Part shown: piece by piece, positions 41,954 through 51,380 of the stretch
Layout of the letters: every line of letters begins with the position of its first letter
Numbering within the stretch: the stretch's first letter is position 1
Origin: an uncultured Gemmatimonadales bacterium
Lineage (GTDB): Bacteria; Gemmatimonadota; Gemmatimonadetes; Longimicrobiales; Gaopeijiaceae
Assembly (NCBI GenBank): GCA_963809895.1
Contig: CAWELD010000003.1
Location: 2,080,001-2,144,000 of the forward strand
Length of the DNA stretch: 64,000 bases
Reading direction: 5' to 3'
Position numbers and translations under genes: made by a program
The notes under the pieces: model-generated
Seen by the model: the letters and a program-made list of their open reading frames with translations, nothing else
The model's database searches: none
What the model was told of the DNA's origin: nothing

Positions 41954-44592
41954 GACGGGTCGTCCCCTCCGGCCTCGCTCGCGAGCCGGGCCAGGAGGTT
42001 CATCGCTTCCAACGGGGTCAGTCGATTCACGTCCAGATCGCGCAGGTGGGCCACCACCGGATGCTCCGGCACGGGTCCGTGAAAGAAGGAGAGCTGATCG
42101 GGAGGCGGCTCCGAGGCCGGGCGGTGCCGCCCGTGACGCCCCAGACCCTCGCCACCCCCGGAATGTGTTCCCTCCAACTCGGCGAGAAGTTCCCGGGCGC
42201 GCGCGATGACGCCGCCGGGCACCCCGGCCAGGCGCGCCACCTGGATTCCGTAGGAGCGGTCGGCGCCACCCTGCTCGAGGCGGCGCAGGAAGACGATGTC
42301 CTCGCCCACCTCCTTCACCGCCACGTTGAGGTTGCGCACGCCGGGGAGCAGGTCGCCGAGCTGGGTCAGCTCGTGATAGTGGGTGGCGAAGACCGTCTTG
42401 CAGCCCACGAGCTCGTGGAGGTGCTCGGTGACGGCCCAGGCGATGGAGACGCCGTCGTAGGTGCTCGTGCCGCGCCCGATTTCGTCCAGGAGGACCAGGC
42501 TGTCCTCGGTGGCGCCGTGGAGGATGGCGGCGGTCTCGTGCATCTCGACCATGAAGGTGGACTGCCCCCGCGCCAGGTTGTCCGAGGCGCCCACGCGCGT
42601 GAAGATGCGGTCCGCCACCGGCAAGCGGGCCTCGTCGGCGGGCACGAAGCCTCCCATCTGCGCCAGCAGTTGGATCAGTCCCACCTGACGCAGGACGGTG
42701 CTCTTGCCCGCCATGTTGGGACCGGTGAGAACGACGATGAAGCCGTCCCGGTCCAGCGTCACGTCGTTGGGAATGAACTCCTCGCGGGGCATCATGGTCT
42801 CCACCACCGGGTGGCGACCCGCACGGATCCCGAGCTCGAAGCCCGTGTGCACCTGTGGGCGGACGTAGCTCCGGCGTTCAGCCACCTCGGCCAGGGTGCC
42901 CAGAACGTCGAGCGAGGCCAGACGGGCCGCCGTGTCCTGGATGCGAGGCACCTGGCGACCCACCGCCTCCCGCAGCTCGCCGAACAGGCGCGCCTCGAGC
43001 TGTGCGATGCGGTCCTCGGCCCCGAACACCTTCTCCTCCCACTCCTTGAGCTCGGGGGTGAAGTAGCGCTCGGCGTTGGCCAGGGTCTGCTTGCGCACGT
43101 AATCGCCGGGCACCCGGTCCAGGTTGGCCTTGGTGATCTCCAGGTAGTAGCCGAAGACCTTGTTGAAGCCGACCTTGAGCGAGCTGATGCCCGTGCTTTC
43201 CCGTTCCCGAGCCTGAAGACGGGCGATGAAGTCCACCGCGCCGTCGCGGGTGTCCCGCAGGTCGTCCAGCTCCTCGTCGTAGCCGTCGCGGATCACCCCG
43301 CCGTCCTGGAGGTTGGCCGGCGGATCCTCGGCGATGGCGCGATCCATGAGGTCGGTGACGTCTTCCAGCAGATCCAGCTCGCCGACGAGCTCGCCGAGAA
43401 GTGGCGCCTCGGCAGCGTCCAGCACGTCACACACGTCGGGGAGCTGAGCCAGCGACCGTCCCAGACCCCGCAGGTCACGGGGCCCCACGCGGCCCGTGCC
43501 CACCCGGCCGGCGATGCGCTCCAGGTCGGTGATCCGGCCAAGTCGCTCCCGGAGCGCCCGGCGCACGTCGGCCCGCTCCACCAGCTCCGCCACCGCCTCC
43601 TGCCGGCGCCAGATCGCTTCGGGCTCCACCAGGGGCCGCAGGACCCAGCGACGCAGGAGCCGGCCTCCCATGGCCGTGACCGCGTCGTCGAGCACGGCCA
43701 GGAGGGTCGCGCCCTCCTCGCCGGCCCGCAGCGGCTCCACCAGCTCCAGGTTGCGGCGGGTCATCTCGTCCAGGACCATGGCGGCCCCGGTCCGTAGGAT
43801 GCGCGGCGCCTGCAGGTGCGCCGCTCCACCCGGGCGGATCTCCTGCACGTAGGTCACGAGCGCTCCGGCGGCCCGGATCAGGGCGCCGTCGTCCTGGCCG
43901 AAGCCGAAGCCCTCCAGCGACTCCACCCTGAAGCGCCGCCGCAGCTCGTCCCGGGCCAACTCCGCATCGAAGACCCAGTCGTCTCGCCAGGTGCGGGCGG
44001 GACCGCCCGACGAAGGCGCGGCGAGCGCCGTCAGGGCCGGATCGTCCTCGAGCGTGCGGGGCAGCAGGAGCTCCGACGGCTCCAGGCGGCCCAGCTCGCC
44101 GGCCAGGTCGCCGGGCTCCACGAGCTGCACCGTGAGCTCGCCGGTGGAAAGGTCCAGCGCCGCCACGCCCCGCGCCCCCGACGGATCCGGCGGAGACAGC
44201 GCCACCAGGTAGCTGTTGCGGCGCTCCGGAAGCAGCGTCTCGTGGAGCACGGTGCCCGGCGTCACCGTCTCCACCACCTCACGACGCACGATCCCCTTGG
44301 CTTCGGCGGGATCCTCCACCTGCTCGCAGATGGCCACCCGCCGTCCCGCCTTCACCAGGCGCGCCAGGTATTCGTCCAGCGCCTTCACCGGGATGCCGGC
44401 CAGGGGCACGCGGGCCGCGGCGCCGTTGTTGCGCGAGGTCAGGGTGAGCCCCAGCAGCCGGGAGCCCTCTTCGGCGTCCCCGTAGAAGAGCTCGTAGAAA
44501 TCCCCGACCCGGAAGAACACCAGGGCGTCGCGGTGGCGGTCCTTCACCTCGCGCCACTGCTGCATCAGGGGTGTGTCGTCGCTGGCAGCCAT
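41950..44592 (-). CDS. mutS: DNA mismatch repair protein MutS
   Basis: TPLMQQW, FRVGDFYELF, TGPNMAGKST, GQSTFMVEM, DEIGRGTST, SYGIQVA. Confidence 0.98.
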   Translation of the reverse strand: MAASDDTPLMQQWREVKDRHRDALVFFRVGDFYELFYGDAEEGSRLLGLTLTSRNNGAAARVPLAGIPVKALDEYLARLVKAGRRVAICEQVEDPAEAKGIVRREVVETVTPGTVLHETLLPERRNSYLVALSPPDPSGARGVAALDLSTGELTVQLVEPGDLAGELGRLEPSELLLPRTLEDDPALTALAAPSSGGPARTWRDDWVFDAELARDELRRRFRVESLEGFGFGQDDGALIRAAGALVTYVQEIRPGGAAHLQAPRILRTGAAMVLDEMTRRNLELVEPLRAGEEGATLLAVLDDAVTAMGGRLLRRWVLRPLVEPEAIWRRQEAVAELVERADVRRALRERLGRITDLERIAGRVGTGRVGPRDLRGLGRSLAQLPDVCDVLDAAEAPLLGELVGELDLLEDVTDLMDRAIAEDPPANLQDGGVIRDGYDEELDDLRDTRDGAVDFIARLQARERESTGISSLKVGFNKVFGYYLEITKANLDRVPGDYVRKQTLANAERYFTPELKEWEEKVFGAEDRIAQLEARLFGELREAVGRQVPRIQDTAARLASLDVLGTLAEVAERRSYVRPQVHTGFELGIRAGRHPVVETMMPREEFIPNDVTLDRDGFIVVLTGPNMAGKSTVLRQVGLIQLLAQMGGFVPADEARLPVADRIFTRVGASDNLARGQSTFMVEMHETAAILHGATEDSLVLLDEIGRGTSTYDGVSIAWAVTEHLHELVGCKTVFATHYHELTQLGDLLPGVRNLNVAVKEVGEDIVFLRRLEQGGADRSYGIQVARLAGVPGGVIARARELLAELEGTHSGGGEGLGRHGRHRPASEPPPDQLSFFHGPVPEHPVVAHLRDLDVNRLTPLEAMNLLARLASEAGGDDPS

Positions 44593-44689
44593 CCGGGGGC
44601 GGTCAGGGGAGTCCGGGGTGGGAGGGTCGAAGGTTATCCCGGCCGGGGTGCCCGATCAACCGAGCGCACCGGCGAACCCCCCTCCGCCG

Positions 44690-46768
44690 TCAGCGGTCCG
44701 ACACGGGGGCGTCGGCGTCGGCCCAGCGCCGGAACCAGGCCAGCACGTAGGCCACCTTCCGGATCATGTTGCTGGGCCGGGCCGAGATGTTGTGCCCCGA
44801 CTGTGCGATGCGGACCATCATGGTGGGCACCCCCTGGAGCTTCATGGCCGCGTAGTACTGCTCGGTCTCGGAGATGGGAGTCCGGTAGTCCTGCTCGCCG
44901 TCGATGAGCATGGTGGGCGTGGTCACGTTGCCGGCCAGCGACAGGGGCGAGCGGCTCCAGTACTGCTCCGGGTCCTCCCACGGCTTGGCGCCGAACCAGT
45001 AGCGGGCGAAGAAGGGGATGCCGTCGGCGTGCAGGACGAAGCTGGACCAGTTGATGACGGGCTTCTGCACGACGGCGGCGCGGAAGCGGTCCGTCTTGCC
45101 CACGATCCAGGCGGTGAGCACGCCGCCACCGCTTCCGCCGGTGACGTACAGGTGGTCGGTGTCCACGATGCCCCGGTCGATCACCGCGTCCACACCGGAC
45201 ATCAGGTCCTCATAGTCGTGCCCCGGATAGGCGTGGTGGATGAGGTTGCCGAACTCCTCGCCGTACGAGGTGCTCCCCCGGGGATTGGTGTACAGGACCA
45301 GGTTGCCGGCCGCCGCGTAGAGCTGGATCTCGGCGGCGAAGCGCGGGCCGTAGTTGGAGAACGGCCCCCCGTGGATTTCCAGCACCAGCGGGTAGCTCCG
45401 GGAGGGGTCGAACCCCGGCGGCGTGACGAGCCACCCCTGCACGCGGCGCCCGTCGTAGGAGGACTCCCACCACAGCTCCTCCACCTGCCCCAGCTTCTTG
45501 TGGGCCAGGAGATCCTCGTTCAGGTCCGTCACGGTGCGCACCTGCCCACCGCGCCGCCCCACGGCCACGTCGGCGGGACGGGACGGAGAGGTGCGCGTGT
45601 AGGCGAAGGTGCCGTTGCGCGCCACCGTGAAGGAGCCGCCCCCGTAGGGCCGCCCGTACGAGGTGCCTCCCAGGCCGTCGGCCAGCTCGGCGACGTCGCC
45701 CCCCAGCGTGACGTAGCCGATGCGGGTGTCGCCTTCGTCGTCGTACTGGAAGTAGAGGCCCTGCCCGTCGGCGGCCCAGGTGAGCCCACCCACGTCCCGG
45801 TCCAGCGAGGCCGCCACCTCGTGCCCGCCGCTGCCGTCGCGGTTCATGATGTACAGCCGGGTCACCTGGTAGCCCTGCAGATGGTCGTCGTAGCCCGTGT
45901 AGGCGATCAGTCTGCCGTCCGGGGAGACGGCGGGCGAGCCGTCGGGGCCGTAGCGGTCCGTGAGCCGGGTGAGGGTGCCGTCGGCCACGCTGAGCTCCCA
46001 CAGCTCACTGTCCTGAGCCTCCAGCTCACGGTCGTCGCGATGGTTGGACGAAACGATGAGCGCGGAGCCGTCGGGCGTCCACGCCGGGCTGCCCACGTCG
46101 TAGGGCCCCGGGGTGAGGTCCCGGGGCGTGCCTCCCTCGGCCGGCACCACGAACACGTGGGTGTAGCCGTCCTCCAGATAGCCCTGTCCATCGGCACGGT
46201 AGGCGATGTCGTCGACCACCCGCGGAGCCGGCGTCCACTCGGCTCCCTCGGGCATGTCGGGAAGCTGCACGTCCAGCCCCGTGGGCTCGTGGACCGGCAC
46301 GAACTGGGTGAAGGCGATCCAGCGGCCGTCGGGAGACCAGCTCAGCGACCCCGGACCCCGCGTCAGCGTGGTGAGGCGCGCCTCCTGGCCCGTGTCGAGC
46401 CAGCGGACCCACAGCTGCGTGCTCCCGTCGCGGGTCGAGACGTACAGAAGCCGGCTGCCGTCGGGCGACCAGCGCGGCGAGCCGTCGTTCTCTCCCCCGG
46501 TGGTGAGCGCCCGGTGCGTGCTGCCGTCGGCGGCCACCATCCAGAGATTGGAGCGGTGCCGGTCGGTCATGATGTCGAAGAAGTTGCGCACGTAGACGAC
46601 CCGCCCCCCGTCGGGCGAGATGCGCGGGTCCGACGCGTACTCCAGGCCGAAGACGTCCTGGGCCTGGAAGAGATCCCCGTCACCGGCGGCCTCCTGCCCC
46701 TGGGCGCTGAGACCTCCGTGGAAGGATCCCGCCACCATCGCCACCGCAAGCCAAGAGCGTACGCGCAC
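44690..46768 (-). CDS. S9 family peptidase (acylaminoacyl peptidase-like)
   Basis: Signal peptide, SPDG beta-propeller repeats, IHGGP, GGSGGG nucleophile elbow, QDYRTP, SGHN; GGAGG RBS before GTG 46768. Confidence 0.92.
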   Translation of the reverse strand: MRVRSWLAVAMVAGSFHGGLSAQGQEAAGDGDLFQAQDVFGLEYASDPRISPDGGRVVYVRNFFDIMTDRHRSNLWMVAADGSTHRALTTGGENDGSPRWSPDGSRLLYVSTRDGSTQLWVRWLDTGQEARLTTLTRGPGSLSWSPDGRWIAFTQFVPVHEPTGLDVQLPDMPEGAEWTPAPRVVDDIAYRADGQGYLEDGYTHVFVVPAEGGTPRDLTPGPYDVGSPAWTPDGSALIVSSNHRDDRELEAQDSELWELSVADGTLTRLTDRYGPDGSPAVSPDGRLIAYTGYDDHLQGYQVTRLYIMNRDGSGGHEVAASLDRDVGGLTWAADGQGLYFQYDDEGDTRIGYVTLGGDVAELADGLGGTSYGRPYGGGSFTVARNGTFAYTRTSPSRPADVAVGRRGGQVRTVTDLNEDLLAHKKLGQVEELWWESSYDGRRVQGWLVTPPGFDPSRSYPLVLEIHGGPFSNYGPRFAAEIQLYAAAGNLVLYTNPRGSTSYGEEFGNLIHHAYPGHDYEDLMSGVDAVIDRGIVDTDHLYVTGGSGGGVLTAWIVGKTDRFRAAVVQKPVINWSSFVLHADGIPFFARYWFGAKPWEDPEQYWSRSPLSLAGNVTTPTMLIDGEQDYRTPISETEQYYAAMKLQGVPTMMVRIAQSGHNISARPSNMIRKVAYVLAWFRRWADADAPVSDR

Positions 46769-46964
46769 AACCACCTCCGGAAAGACCGTGTCCGGGAGCC
46801 CGAGCGGTGTCGTCCGATCCGGGCGTCCCACGCGGCAACCAGGATAATCACCGGGGGCCGGCTGCGCATCGTGGAGCGCGCCGCCCACCCTTTTCGCCAG
46901 CTCACCTCCCGGCGATCTTTCACACGTCGGCGACCCTCCCCAATCGCCGGGACCAGGAGGCATC

Positions 46965-47369
46965 ATGGCGGCCACAGAGCTCGCCTACGGCATGAAGAAG
47001 ACGGTGGCAGGCACCCTCGACGAGGTGGAGCCGAAGGTGCGGGCAGCCCTCAAAGAAGAGGGGTTCGGGGTCCTCACCGAGATCGACGTGAAGAGCACCA
47101 TGAAGCAGAAGCTGGACGTCGACTTTCGCCCCTACAGGATTCTGGGAGCCTGCAACCCGCCGCTGGCTCACCGCGCGCTCAGCGAGGAGCTGGACATCGG
47201 CCTGCTCCTGCCGTGCAACGTGGTGGTCTACGCCGGGGACGATCCCGGCGAGACGGTGGTGGCGATCCTGGATCCGCTGCTACAGCTCTCCATCTCCGGG
47301 CGAGACGACATCGAGCCGCTGGCCCACGACGTACGCGCGAGAATGGAGCGGGTTCTCGACGCCCTGTGA
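46965..47369 (+). CDS. DUF302 domain protein
   Basis: LKEEGFGVLTEID, YRILGACNP, GLLLPCNVVV; AGGAGG RBS. Confidence 0.9.
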   Translation: MAATELAYGMKKTVAGTLDEVEPKVRAALKEEGFGVLTEIDVKSTMKQKLDVDFRPYRILGACNPPLAHRALSEELDIGLLLPCNVVVYAGDDPGETVVAILDPLLQLSISGRDDIEPLAHDVRARMERVLDAL

Positions 47370-47397
47370 CCGGACGCGACCCGCCCGGGCGGTCGGC

Positions 47398-48156
47398 TCA
47401 GCCGCCCACGGAGGATTCCCGCTCCGCGCCGGGCACGATGGCGGCGTCCAGACCCGCGGCGCGCACGCGGTCGTAGAGCTCCTTCGCCGCCGCGGCGTCG
47501 GGGAAGCGCCCGAGCCTGACCCGGATCAGCCCGGAACCCGGCACCTTCGCCAGGCGGGGCTCGAACCCCGCCGCCCGGGCCTGCTCGGCCAGGGCCCCGG
47601 CCCTCGCCTGCTGCGAAAAAGCGCCGAGCTGGACGGTGTAGTCACCGCGGGCCGACGCATCCTCGGGCTCGGGCTCCGGCTCGGGCTCGCGCGCGCTGGT
47701 GCGGGGCGGCGCGGCGGCGGCCGCGGGGTGGGCTTCGAGCCAACGCTGGGCTTCGGCCCGGAGCGGGCTTCCCGGATAGTCCCGTTCCAGAACGCGGTAG
47801 TGGCGGGCCGCGCGCACCGAGTCCCCGGACAGGTCGGCGGCCATGGCCAGCCGTTGGAGCGCCCGGGCCGTGAAGGGCCCGCCCGGGAATTCCACCACCA
47901 GGCGGGTGTAGTCCAGCGCCGCCTGGCCGGGATCCAGCGTGAGGACGCCGCGCAGCCAGATGCCTCGCTGGAGCTGGTCGCGGGACGCCCGGGCCGACTC
48001 ACCGTCCCACCAGGAGAGGAGCTCGGCGCGGGCGTCCTGGACACGGCCCTGAGCCACCAGCGTCTCCACGTGCTCCAGGGACTGGGCGCGTACGGTCGCG
48101 GGCGTCAGGAGGGCCAGGATCGCCAGGATCAGGCAGGCCCGCAGGACACGGGTCAC
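47398..48156 (-). CDS. TPR/SPOR domain periplasmic protein
   Basis: Signal peptide, TPR-like helices (EFPGGP, DYPGSP), PE-rich linker, SPOR YTVQLGAF...RVRLGRF. Confidence 0.85.
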   Translation of the reverse strand: MTRVLRACLILAILALLTPATVRAQSLEHVETLVAQGRVQDARAELLSWWDGESARASRDQLQRGIWLRGVLTLDPGQAALDYTRLVVEFPGGPFTARALQRLAMAADLSGDSVRAARHYRVLERDYPGSPLRAEAQRWLEAHPAAAAAPPRTSAREPEPEPEPEDASARGDYTVQLGAFSQQARAGALAEQARAAGFEPRLAKVPGSGLIRVRLGRFPDAAAAKELYDRVRAAGLDAAIVPGAERESSVGG

Positions 48157-49154
48157 GCCGCGGCTCCGGCCCGGGCCATCAGCCCCAGCAGCCACTCCTC
48201 CACGACGGCTTCGTCGGAGCCCCCGCTGGACTTGAGCAGACGGTCCGCCCTGCGCAGACCCGAGACGGCGGCCTCGATTTCGTCCGGCGGCCAACGGCGG
48301 GCCTGGGGCAGGATCTTGCGGCGCGCCAGCCAGCGGAGGTTCCCGGGCAGGGCTTCGGAGAGTGCCTCGGCCCCCAAGGTGCGGCCCACGCCCAGCCGGA
48401 GGAGCTGGCTGGTGAGCCCGATCACGAGCCCCACACCCGACTCCCCCTGCCCCAGGAGCACCGGAAGCGCCTCCATGGCCTCGACGAAGCGCCGCTCGCC
48501 GACCAGATCGAACCACTGCCAGCGGTCCTGCTTCGGCAGCCGGGTGCCCGCGGCCTCCACGTCGGCGCGCGTGATGGACCGACCCTCCTCGACGTAGTCC
48601 GCCAGCTTGTCGAGCTCCCGCGCCAGCACCCCCAGGTCGGTGCCCACGGCGGCACCGAGGGCCCGGGCCGCGTCCTCCTCCATCTCCACGCCCAGCACGC
48701 TACGCGCCCGCTCCATGAGCCAGATCGGCACCTCGTCGTCGGACACCGGTCCGAATTCCGCGGCGCGCGCGATCTTCTTGAGCTCCTTCCAGAACCTGGC
48801 CGAGGTGGTGGGTCCCGACACCAGGACCAGGGCGAGCCCCGGAGGAGGTGACTCGGCGGTGGCCAGCAGCAGATCCCGGAATCGGGACGACGACGACAAC
48901 TGCTCCGTGTCCTTCACCTGAACGACCCGCCACTCCGCCATCATGGGCGGCGTGGCCAGGATCGACGCCAGGTGATCCACCTCCAGATCGCCGCCACGCA
49001 GGACGTCGAGGTTGAAGTCCTGGGTGGCCGGATCCAGATGCGCTTCGACGAGGGTGCGGGCGGCCTGATCCCGGCGGAACGCGTCCTCGCCGTGCAGGAA
49101 GAAGACACCACCGTGTCCGTGGCGCTCCAGGGCCCGCACGAAGGGATCCGTCAC
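48153..49154 (-). CDS. holA: DNA polymerase III delta subunit
   Basis: FFLHGED, DFNL, TPPMMAEWRVV, GTDLG.L..ELDKL, AD..LKSSG. Confidence 0.9.
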   Translation of the reverse strand: MTDPFVRALERHGHGGVFFLHGEDAFRRDQAARTLVEAHLDPATQDFNLDVLRGGDLEVDHLASILATPPMMAEWRVVQVKDTEQLSSSSRFRDLLLATAESPPPGLALVLVSGPTTSARFWKELKKIARAAEFGPVSDDEVPIWLMERARSVLGVEMEEDAARALGAAVGTDLGVLARELDKLADYVEEGRSITRADVEAAGTRLPKQDRWQWFDLVGERRFVEAMEALPVLLGQGESGVGLVIGLTSQLLRLGVGRTLGAEALSEALPGNLRWLARRKILPQARRWPPDEIEAAVSGLRRADRLLKSSGGSDEAVVEEWLLGLMARAGAAA

Positions 49155-49170
49155 GCTTGGAGGGGTCGGC

Positions 49171-49725
49171 CTATTGGAGGCCGGTGCGGATCAGCATGCC
49201 ACCCTGCCGGTAACGGCCGCGAACCGGGGCGTACTCGAAGAGGAGCGCGCTGGGCTGACGCCAGAGATCCTCGCCGCTGAGCTCCAGCGCGGCGGGCGAA
49301 GACGAGGGCAGCAGCGAGGGCAACTGCACGCGCAGCCCCAGGGGCCGGGGCGCGGGGCGTGTCACCACGATGGGCGAGAGCTGGACCTGGGGCTCGTCGA
49401 GCAGGGTCGGCGACCAGGCGGCCAGCATGAGCAGCGCCGCCACGCCCAGCAGGAAGGCCGCCGAGGTGGAGGACGACCTGGAGCGGGCCAACGCCCGCTC
49501 GTCGTCCACGTGGAAGAGGCGGTGCTGGAGGCGTTCCTCGAATGCTTCGCCCACCTCCAGATCCGTGGTGGCCCTCAGCAGCTCACGGCCCCTGAGGTAC
49601 ACTTCCTCGTACCGGCGACACCGAGCACACCCACGGCGATGCGCGCGCGCAGCCTCCATCACATCGGACTCGGCGATGCCGTCGATGTAATCGGAGAATC
49701 CCTCGATGAACTCCGAGCAGGTCAT
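49171..49725 (-). CDS. Zinc-finger (zf-HC2/ZAS) anti-sigma factor with one TM helix
   Basis: MTC.E....SDYIDG...HRRGCARC (HxxxCxxC); downstream of ECF sigma. Confidence 0.88.
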   Translation of the reverse strand: MTCSEFIEGFSDYIDGIAESDVMEAARAHRRGCARCRRYEEVYLRGRELLRATTDLEVGEAFEERLQHRLFHVDDERALARSRSSSTSAAFLLGVAALLMLAAWSPTLLDEPQVQLSPIVVTRPAPRPLGLRVQLPSLLPSSSPAALELSGEDLWRQPSALLFEYAPVRGRYRQGGMLIRTGLQ

Positions 49726-49768
49726 GCCGCTCCCACTCCGTCGGTCGGGTACGATGATCCAGAGAGTG

Positions 49769-49794
49769 GTACAGAGTTCCCCCCGGGGGGTTCC
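49769..49794 (-). promoter_or_regulatory. Putative ECF sigma promoter GGAAC-N17-GTAC upstream of anti-sigma
   Basis: Minus strand GGAACCCCCCGGGGGGAACTCTGTAC. Confidence 0.45.
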
Positions 49795-49808
49795 CGTCCG
49801 ACACACGC

Positions 49809-49839
49809 GGGGCCCCGGACGCCGAACGCCCGGGGCCCC
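49809..49839 (-). terminator. GC-rich hairpin between ECF sigma and anti-sigma genes
   Basis: GGGGCCCCGG...CCGGGGCCCC inverted repeat about 30 nt after the sigma stop; no U-tract. Confidence 0.45.
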
Positions 49840-49867
49840 ACCGACTTGGTCGCCGTCCCGGCCCAGG

Positions 49868-50524
49868 TCAGTCGATCATGGGGGCGATGATCTGCGCGAA
49901 GTTGTTCCTCGCCCGGTTCAAGCGGCTCTTCACGGTGCCCAGATTGACGCCGGTGATGTCCGAGATCTCCTCGTAGGTCTTGCCCTCCAGCTCCCGGAGC
50001 ACGAACACGATCCTGTGGTGCTCCGGAAGCTGGGCCACCGCCTCTTCCACCTTCTCCTTCAGATGGCGCTTGCGGAAGAGATCGTCCGGCTTGTAGTGGG
50101 TGTCCTCCCACTCCAGCGGACGGTGGTCGGCGTCCCAGTTCTGCTTGATGGCCTGGAACAGCACCAGGGGATTCCTGGAGCGGTTGCGCAGCTCGTTCTT
50201 CGCCAGGTTGCTGGCGATGGTGTAGATCCAGGTGGAGAACTTCTTGGACTGATCGAAGCGCTCCAGGTGCCGGTACACGCGAACGAAGGTCTCCTGTACG
50301 AGATCCTGCGCCCGCTCCCGGTCGCCCACCGTGCGATACACGAAGTTGATCAGGCGGTTGTCGTAGCGCCGCACCAGCTCGCCGAAGGCGCGCTCATCGC
50401 CGTCGAGAAAGGCCTGCACCACCTCGCTGTCGTTGAGTTCCTGGAGGTGACTGCGGTGCTGCGACGCATCGCCCCGCCGTTGGGGGGTCTCCGCCCGTGC
50501 CCGTCGAATTGCCTTGGCACCCAT
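49868..50524 (-). CDS. ECF RNA polymerase sigma factor (RpoE/SigW-like)
   Basis: GDERAF.ELVRRY, AQDLVQETF, FSTWIYTIA.N, YEEIS...GVNLGTVKSRLNRAR. Confidence 0.95.
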   Translation of the reverse strand: MGAKAIRRARAETPQRRGDASQHRSHLQELNDSEVVQAFLDGDERAFGELVRRYDNRLINFVYRTVGDRERAQDLVQETFVRVYRHLERFDQSKKFSTWIYTIASNLAKNELRNRSRNPLVLFQAIKQNWDADHRPLEWEDTHYKPDDLFRKRHLKEKVEEAVAQLPEHHRIVFVLRELEGKTYEEISDITGVNLGTVKSRLNRARNNFAQIIAPMID

Positions 50525-50600
50525 GGTTTCACCTCTCCGTTGCTCTCGTCGGCCCGCCGGCGTCGGGCCCGTGGTCCTGCCTGCCGGCATCTCGTAGGGG

Positions 50601-50618
50601 ATGCACCCTCCGTGCCAA
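50601..50618 (-). promoter_or_regulatory. sigma54 (-24/-12) promoter-like site
   Basis: Minus strand TTGGCACGGAGGGTGCAT: TGGCACG-N4-GTGCA with GG-N10-GC spacing, one mismatch to the TGGCACG-N4-TTGC consensus. Confidence 0.6.
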
Positions 50619-50715
50619 CCACCAAACGCACGGAACGCCGGGCATGTTCCCCGTCACTGTCCACTCTGAGGGACGCCCTGCGACGCCATCGGGACACGCC
50701 CCCGACGGCCCGGCG

Positions 50716-51297
50716 TCACCCTCCGCCGTCGACCGCCTCATCCACCAGGAAGCAAGCCGCGTAGAGAATCGTCGCCACGCTCTTGCAGTCCACGATGCGA
50801 CCGTCCCGTACCATCTCCACAGCCTGCGAGAAGGGCATGCGCACCACCTCGACGAACTCGTCGGCGTCCAGGTTCGTCTCGCCCTCCTGCAGCTCCCAGC
50901 CGGCGTAGAGCCGGATCATCTCGTCGGTGAACCCCGGGGTCGTGAAGATCCGGGTCAAGGGCTCCAGCCGCCCTGCCCGCCGACCCGTCTCCTCCTCCAA
51001 CTCGCGGTGGGCGCACGCGTCCCAACTCTCGTCGGGACCCAACGGGAGTCCCGCCGGCACCTCGTAGAGCTCACCCCCCGCCGCGTACCGGTACTGGCGC
51101 AGGAGGAGCACCTCGGGATCCGGATCCCGAGGACTGGTCACGAACGGCAGCACCGCCGACGCGCCGGGATGCCGGATCATCTCCAACTCACCCGTGGAAC
51201 CGTCCGGAAAGCGCACGGTGTCCAGGCTCAGCTTGACGATCCTGCCCTCGAACACGGGACGGGATTCCAGAAGACCGGCCCCAGACGGTTCAATCAT
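50716..51297 (-). CDS. NUDIX hydrolase (ADP-ribose pyrophosphatase NudF-like)
   Basis: HPGASAV, LLRQYRY, EVPAG...RELEEETG, TTPGFTDE, DADEF. Confidence 0.9.
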   Translation of the reverse strand: MIEPSGAGLLESRPVFEGRIVKLSLDTVRFPDGSTGELEMIRHPGASAVLPFVTSPRDPDPEVLLLRQYRYAAGGELYEVPAGLPLGPDESWDACAHRELEEETGRRAGRLEPLTRIFTTPGFTDEMIRLYAGWELQEGETNLDADEFVEVVRMPFSQAVEMVRDGRIVDCKSVATILYAACFLVDEAVDGGG

Positions 51298-51380
51298 GAG
51301 ACGACCGAGTTGAACGAAACGACACACGTGCCGTTCCTGAGGTGGGATACGGTGAGGGGCGAAGAGGGTTGCAGGACCCG

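Noticed and set aside
47655..47725. Short tandem (CTCGGG)n-like repeat
   Set aside because: Encodes the PEPEPE/Ala-rich linker of the SPOR protein; ordinary low complexity.
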